A stretch of 55,777 bases of DNA, counting the filler, from Circinaria calcarea (Eukaryota): assembly GCA_051942165.1 (NCBI GenBank). It is 5 parts of 5 records of this genome, joined end to end, with 100 filler letters (N's around TTAATTAATTAA, not from the genome) between each part and the next. Parts side by side here need not be neighbours in the genome. Positions count along the whole stretch, not along the records: positions 44,711 to 55,777 come from JAVECS010000718.1; 4 more parts are not named here. One strand, written 5' to 3'. Under the pieces are notes generated by a model. The model made no database searches, had not been told where the DNA came from, and was given only the letters and a program-made list of their open reading frames with translations. Every line of letters starts with the position of its first letter. Position 1 is the stretch's first letter. Made by a program: the position numbers and the translations under genes. Positions 49,545 through 55,777 of the stretch are shown here, in pieces.

Positions 49545-51188
49545 ATGGCAGATCCCTTCGCACCCCAAACCTACCCTACCACTGGTGCTGGAATGATTAG
49601 ATTGGGAGATTTCTGTCGTAACTTTTTCAGCAATAATATCAGGGACACCAGTCGCCATACTGAGCCTACGACTGTGGATCGCTTCGTGAGCCTTATCATG
49701 CACAACGATAGCTTCTTTGGTGTGGCCAAAAGTGAAATTGGAGAACTCCGCCGTCCGCAAGACTGCCCTCCTGATGCAAATCCGAGAATTCAACGGGTTT
49801 TGGTTGGAACTAGGGAAAAGAGATTAATGGCGGTTAGGATGGGAACTCAGCCTAGTCCAGAAGAACGAGCCATCCACCAAATCCTTGTTGCCCGAGTTCA
49901 AGGCCAGATCGCGTTAAATCGTGACAATCCAACGAATCTAGAGGCTAGGGCAATGCCGAGGATAGTAGAGGCATGGCGAGAAGTGATAGGTATATAATGG
50001 AAGTATGCTCTATCAATCGCCCTATGCTTATGAAGCATAGGTCTCTCTCCGTCATACCAACAGCAGCAACCGGAGCAGCAATGGCAACAACTGGAACAGC
50101 CTCGGCAGCATTCGACTCACCCTCCATTACCATACCGCCAGGCACAGGAGCAGCAGGATCTGCAGGAAGGAGGTCCCAAACAGCAGATTCAGCAGCGACG
50201 GACTCACCACGATGCAGACACAAAGGCCAAGAGAGAAGTGGCTGGGAGGCAGTCCCTCGAGCAAGAGAGGTCAATCCCAGATGGGCTAGCTCCCCAGCCA
50301 GGAGGAAGCTTCCATAATGAAAACGACTCACTAGGTAACTCACCAGCTTTGGTGACGCAAGGGATACGTGATAGTCTGTCACCCACACCATCCACAAGCA
50401 GTACAATGTCGAGGCTGGCATCGTCCCCGATTATAAGAGCCTCATCAAGACTTGATGCATCTCCGGGAGCACAAAGGCCGCAACGAGAGTCATCAGATTA
50501 TTCGGCTAACCAACAAATGCAACGAGGCTCCTCTCAGCTAGCATCAGGGGGTAGGTTACTTCCACGGGGGTCCGAGGAAGGGCGAGTTTCTGGTGCCGAG
50601 GGCAGAATTGCTTTTGGCGCATTACCTCGCCTTAAACCCAATCCACCCCACCCTGATGAACGTATGACGCAGGCAGAGCTCGATAGAAGCACAATCAGGG
50701 TAAGCTCACGAAGGCCAGCGGAGCCTATCGGTCAATCTACAGCGATGGAGCGTACGCCTTCATGGGCAGAACAGGCCGCCTTGTTCCCTACTGTCGTTCC
50801 TGATCGCGAGAATAAGAATACAACAGATCGGTTCAACCAGCTACAGACTGAGCTGAACAGAGTGCGTGAGGCTCAGGCTAAGCAAAGAAGGGAAGGCGTT
50901 GAAGACGCGTTGCTCCACGGAGAACAGTACAAGGCTCTCTTGAAAACAGAGATGCTAGAAGTCGCCAAAGAATGGCTGCCAACACGAATAGGAACGCTTG
51001 ACGAGTGGGACCATGATGTTCAAGCAAGATTAGATTACCTCTCCGCCGCTCCTACATTATACCTTTCCGCCAATGCGGTTGAACGGCGTCTTGTAGAGAA
51101 AGTAGCCGCACAAGATCTCAAGGCGTGGTTGGTTAAGGAATTGAAAAAAGAAAAGGAACGTGCACGAAGGGGATTATCTCTTCGTTAG
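49545..51188 (+). CDS. Hypothetical protein (about 530 aa), Gln-rich/disordered centre with a coiled-coil C-terminus
   Basis: ORFs 49545-49997 and 50238-51188 join in frame through intron 49990-50040; divergent from the 49270 gene. Confidence 0.6.
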
Positions 51189-51873
51189 GGCAGTGGATTG
51201 AAAACATTGATTAGATAAAGGGTTTTAAAGTGTTTTGCTCCAAAAATAGAAGCATCGGCACTGGTGTATTTAGCATGATTTCGTAGAGCCCATTGGCCGG
51301 CTATAAAAATTTAGGCCTTTCGATTGGTCCTAAAAGGTCCGTAGAAAGAAAAACATTAAGGTAAGTAAATGCCTAAATAGTTAAAGATTGTGACTGGCTG
51401 GAATTATCGCCCAATCGCTTTTTTCTTTTTTAATGTATAATACTTTACATAGCCTTTATTTAATTAAAAATGTATTGGTTCAAACAAAGCTAACGTGTAT
51501 TTGGAAGAAGCAAAACTTTCCCATGGGAATTAAAGCGGGACCGAGTTAAAATCCAGCTGGCCGAGACAAAATGCGTTAGACAATGGTGGGTTATTTAAGG
51601 TTTAGGGCTGTTGGGGTGCTAGCCTCCTTTATTAAACGCGTATTCCTATGAGCTGGAAAAGGTTTGCGAAACCATGGAAGGATATCGAAGACGTTGGGTG
51701 ACCCATTGCTGGGCGCAGGCCAGCAGACAGGCCGCGAGGCTCGATATGTATCATCTGGGTTGCTTCGAATCAGGGATCCTCTCGCCATCCCAATTCCACC
51801 AGTTGTACGAGTGGCTTGTACGATGTTTCCTTTACCCGAATTGACGTAAAAACTAAAAGATTCCTAGCCAGCA

Positions 51874-52473
51874 GTGTATGATGCGTTCAGTGTGCTGGGG
51901 GAAGACGCGGCAGACTATTTCTTCCCGGAATGGGAACTCGTGAACGGCTCGTATGAGCTCTCCTGGGTGACTGTTCCGGGAAGATGGACCGATGGGCAAT
52001 TGCGTCTTGTCCAGACAAAACTCCGTACGTTAATCTTCCAGCTCAAACATTCCATCGAGGACGATGAATAGAGTTATGCTGAATTTCTCCATAGTCTCCG
52101 CACCCCTTCCCAGCTACCAACCCTCTCCTCCGATACCCCCCAAGTCCCCTTCCTTACCGTAAGTTGAACATGCATGTCTAGCGACCTATCTACCAAAGGA
52201 GGCTTATGGTATCGTGATAGCATCCATGACTCCACCACCCTCGCCACCCCAATCCCGGCTGGTGCCGCTCCCACACCGGCCAAAAAATCATCGAGAAAGA
52301 GGAAGAGGAAGGAACCAGCCGTACCATTAAGTACGAGCACAAGGAACCTCCGGAGAAAGCCGCCCCTCGGGGCTTATGCCAAGGCAGGGCACCATGACGA
52401 AGACGAGGAGAATTCCTCGCAGTATCAACCATCGCACCAGTCGCATGGTAGCTCCCTGGGGGAGGAGCTTTAA
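51874..52473 (+). pseudogene. Possible degraded hypothetical gene
   Basis: Coding-like fragments with an internal TAG near 52069, a GTAAGT donor near 52159, and an NLS-like 'KKSSRKRKRK'. Confidence 0.3.
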
Positions 52474-52693
52474 CAATTCCCCCGGCAACCTTGCTTGCTT
52501 TTGCTTTCCACTACTCTGAAGCTTTATGCTGAAGTTTGGAGGAGAGTGATAAAGGCGGCAAGGTTAAGCCTACCTGTTTGATCTACAATTCCCGTAAGTA
52601 ATTTCTTATCTTATTACTATGTTGATATTTACTACGGCAAATATCTAAAATAACACATAGGTTGCCATTCTATCTAAAATAGCATATACATAT

Positions 52694-54419
52694 CTAAAAT
52701 AATATATTATTATAAATTATACGTTTCTTTGAGGGAGCTTCGAACCATCTTTGCGAAGTGTTGTGTTTCTGCTTCAAGATAGTGCCTCCCACTATGTTTT
52801 CGGTCCAGTAGTCATTTGTTCCACGCATAGTCGTAAGATGAACCATAAGTCGTTGAGGAATGAAAAACGTGTGCTTCAAATCATTTTTGGTCGCCAAACA
52901 TGCCCCGATTGTATATGGGTCAGGACATTTAAGAAACGATTCCACTGCATCGCCGATAGTGATAAACTGTTCTGTTTTGATGATTTTGAGGGCAGCTACC
53001 ATTGCAAGTAGTTTGACCGCGTTGCTACAGATAACGATAGTTATAATCACGAGGCTGAACTGTAGTTTGCAAGTTTCTTTAGTAGAAGACGCAAGGCAGT
53101 GGTCGACAAGATATCCACCAAGATAATCGGGAAGAATCTTCCATTCAGCAGTATTCTTTAAAACCTTGGAACGACTGCAGTCAATGCTAGCCGGACGACT
53201 GCACATCCAAGCCATTGTATTCCATCTGATCTCACTCTGGTAATTGGTAGCGTAGAAACCTTGTAGAGAACTCGAATTAATCAATATTGTTGGCTCACTG
53301 AATTTTTGTAAGGATGGAAATGTTGTGTTGGAAACAATGAGAACGTTGGACCATTCACTTTGCATCTTATTTGCATAATGCTCAATGCAGTCTTTGACAT
53401 CAAGCCGTTGAAGGTTTATATTCGAACCACTTTCCGCACGGGCAGCCGCGTACATGCTGCAAATGACATCCGAGTATTTCCCATCTTCCGAGGAACTCGG
53501 GCAGTGCAAGCCTTGATCCTGAAGGAAATTCGGGGCCACAACAATGACCGCGTAGTCATTCGCCTGCAAAGTTGAGAAGACTGCACTGTTCCACAACAAA
53601 TGCATAGGGGTGGTAAAGATTACCAGGAGCCACCACAGTATAACCTTTTGCCAGCTGATGTGTCTTAGATTTCGGATAGATGGTACCCCAATATCCAACC
53701 AAATCCCTTTGGAATGGGCGATATCAATCTCCTCTCGAGTTGGAGAACTGAGGCATTGCATGGTGTAGTTGCTGGCTCCAAGCAGTGCTATTCCTAGTAT
53801 ATTAAGAGCAACATGCATCCAAAGATCGAGTGATCTGACCCTATCGCAATTACCAGTGAAAAGTGTCCCAATCCCATTAGGCGCATGGTCGATTGAAAGT
53901 GCGTATATAGTAAACAACATATTGATAAGCAAGCATACTCCAACAGCGATGCATGAGATGAGCGAACCCATCCGCCATCCAGAGTATTTGCCCGTTTCTC
54001 TCTCTCGAATTGGAGTGGCATATCTGGACGCGGCGGGCCCGGAGCTTAGAAAGGTTCGCTTAATTTGCATTCTTCCATGTTGAGTGATTGGATTATGGGC
54101 GGTCATGAAGGAGCGTGTCGTTGTGAAGATACTATTGAGCCCTGGATTAGGTTCGGCAAGATTTCAAAGAAAAACGCGCTTTAGCAAGGGGAGCTTACCC
54201 TTCGACGTTCTGGCCATGATCTCGTTTCCCCGCGCGGTTCAAGAGTGGATCATGGTCTGTGTGCTCTGCAGTAGAGCTTGCCAGCTTACTGTCCTTAACC
54301 ATAACAGAAGGAAGCGGTGTCATTTCATAACAGTGTAGTTGCGCTGCCAAAGCATCCGTACTGCTATGCGTTTCTTCTCCGCCAGGCAGCGGAGTCCAAT
54401 GTGTCTTCCCCGCCGTCAT
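52694..54419 (-). pseudogene. 5' part of a DUF6536-type multi-pass membrane protein gene, truncated
   Basis: 'GWRMG', 'LLGASNYTMQCLSSPTREEID.AH..G.WLDIGVPS.RNL', 'PMHLLWNSAVF', 'TIGDAVESFL..PD'. Exon 1 54419-54199, intron 54198-54132. The ORF ends in AT-rich sequence. Confidence 0.75.
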
Positions 54420-55195
54420 GGTATAATAAGGAACGGTGAACAGTAATCAGTCAACTTTATCGGTGGTGTGAGGTTGCAGTAGTGAAAGCTGCTAATGCGA
54501 AAATATCATTTCCGCGACATCAACCAAACGGGTCGACATTTGGGAAAATATAAGTAGGGAAGCATGGATGGAGAAGATTAAGATTCCCAAGCACCCAGAA
54601 ATACCGTGCAAAATCAGCTGCAGATAATGGCTGTGTAGCTGAGCCTCCCGCAAGAGCTGGCTACTTAAAACACAGCAAGGGGGAGGCGCGCGGAATCCCA
54701 GTAAGATATATATCAATGGGGCAGCTGCAATGGAGAAGAACGATTTCAAAACAGATGAAAATGAGGCAAGAGGCGCATGCATGCATTTCGAGGCGGGTGA
54801 GCAGAAGTCGTTGCCCGAAAACGACAGTATGGTACTGGAGGACCTCGCCCATAGAAATTATAGCTCGTCCTGTTTGAAAAACTCGATCCACAGGTAGTAA
54901 GAACGGAGCACCCCTCATCCTCTGATTGTCTTTCATCGGCAATGACTTTTGCACACCGGCCTCGACTGCGGATGAAATTGCCAGGGATGAAACTGGCACA
55001 GCGCGAGGGCCATGGACGATGTTCGACCCTCACCAAGTATTCTAGATGATACTATACAAAGTATGTCAAAGAGCACAAATCTAGGTCAATCTTGACGATT
55101 GTATCGACGGTCGTCAATCATAACCCATCACCAAGAGATAGGTTCGCAACAATATCTACGCAGAAATAGCGCCGCTTGACTGACAGTAATCCGGG

Positions 55196-55777
55196 TCAGA
55201 TGACGAACAAGGCCTAGAATCGACCAGTTAACATCACGCCGTCTGTCAAGCATAGGGTCGGTCGTACCTCGACACCGTCTTTGATCTCCGCATACAATTC
55301 ATCGTCAAGAGAACCTTCACAGTCGGTCTGATCCTTGTTAGATAGAGAACAGCTTCCCCAATCTCGATCTACATACCTCTACAAACCCACGCTGTTTTCG
55401 GAAATAGTTGATAACCGGGGTCGTGTCGTCCAAATAGCCTTGGTACCTCTTCTCAAATGTTTCGATGTTGTCATCCACTCGGGGTCTTTGGGATTCGTCG
55501 GCTCTCTTCCGAACCCGCTCCAACATCACCTTTCGCGGGCAGTATAAGAGCAGTATCCCCGTGCACTTGCAGACCTGGATCGATATGTTTAGATATTGGA
55601 CGTACTCGCCCTTCGCTTTGTGATTACATCCTTACCAGTTTCTCGAAAAGACAATGTTGTTCCATGTTCCTAGGGAAACCATCGAGGAGAAATCGCCTTC
55701 TTCCTTCCCCGAGCTTTCTCGTTATATGATCTTGAAGTATTTGCACAATGAGCGCACTGGGGACGAGTGTACCGTTC
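55196..55777 (-). CDS. Adenylate kinase family, UMP-CMP kinase-like (5'-partial)
   Basis: 'FLLDGFPRNMEQ' and 'MLERVRKR...RVDDNIETFEKRY'; several introns; starts outside the window. Confidence 0.8.

Overview
Fungal (filamentous ascomycete) genomic DNA with short spliceosomal introns. The window is not one locus. It holds five contigs of steadily decreasing length (11086, 11079, 11074, 11071, 11067 nt) joined by identical 100-nt N/TTAATTAATTAA/N spacers, so gene order across spacers cannot be trusted. Contig 1 carries a compact putative dikaritin-type RiPP cluster. Its key gene is a spliced 71-aa Kex2-processed repeat precursor (6209-6479, minus strand) that the ORF track misses. It is divergent from a UstYa/DUF3328 oxidase and flanked by an MFS transporter, an HxxxD acyltransferase and a PTH11-like membrane protein. 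Contig 2 has a second DUF3328 gene divergent from a tiny secreted Cys-containing peptide with a similar motif, plus an amino-acid permease, a PTH11-like protein, a GNAT acetyltransferase and a probable pogo/Fot1 relic. Contig 3 has sulfite reductase beta subunit (MET5), an atypical hexokinase and the 5' end of xlnR. Contig 4 has a Ser/Thr-rich membrane protein, an ING-like PHD protein and a QIP-like exonuclease. Contig 5 has a DUF6536-like membrane protein gene split by a ~6.7 kb block of orphan genes (one with PD-(D/E)xK-like motifs), and a partial UMP-CMP kinase-like gene. All family calls come from motif recognition by eye; no database searches were run.
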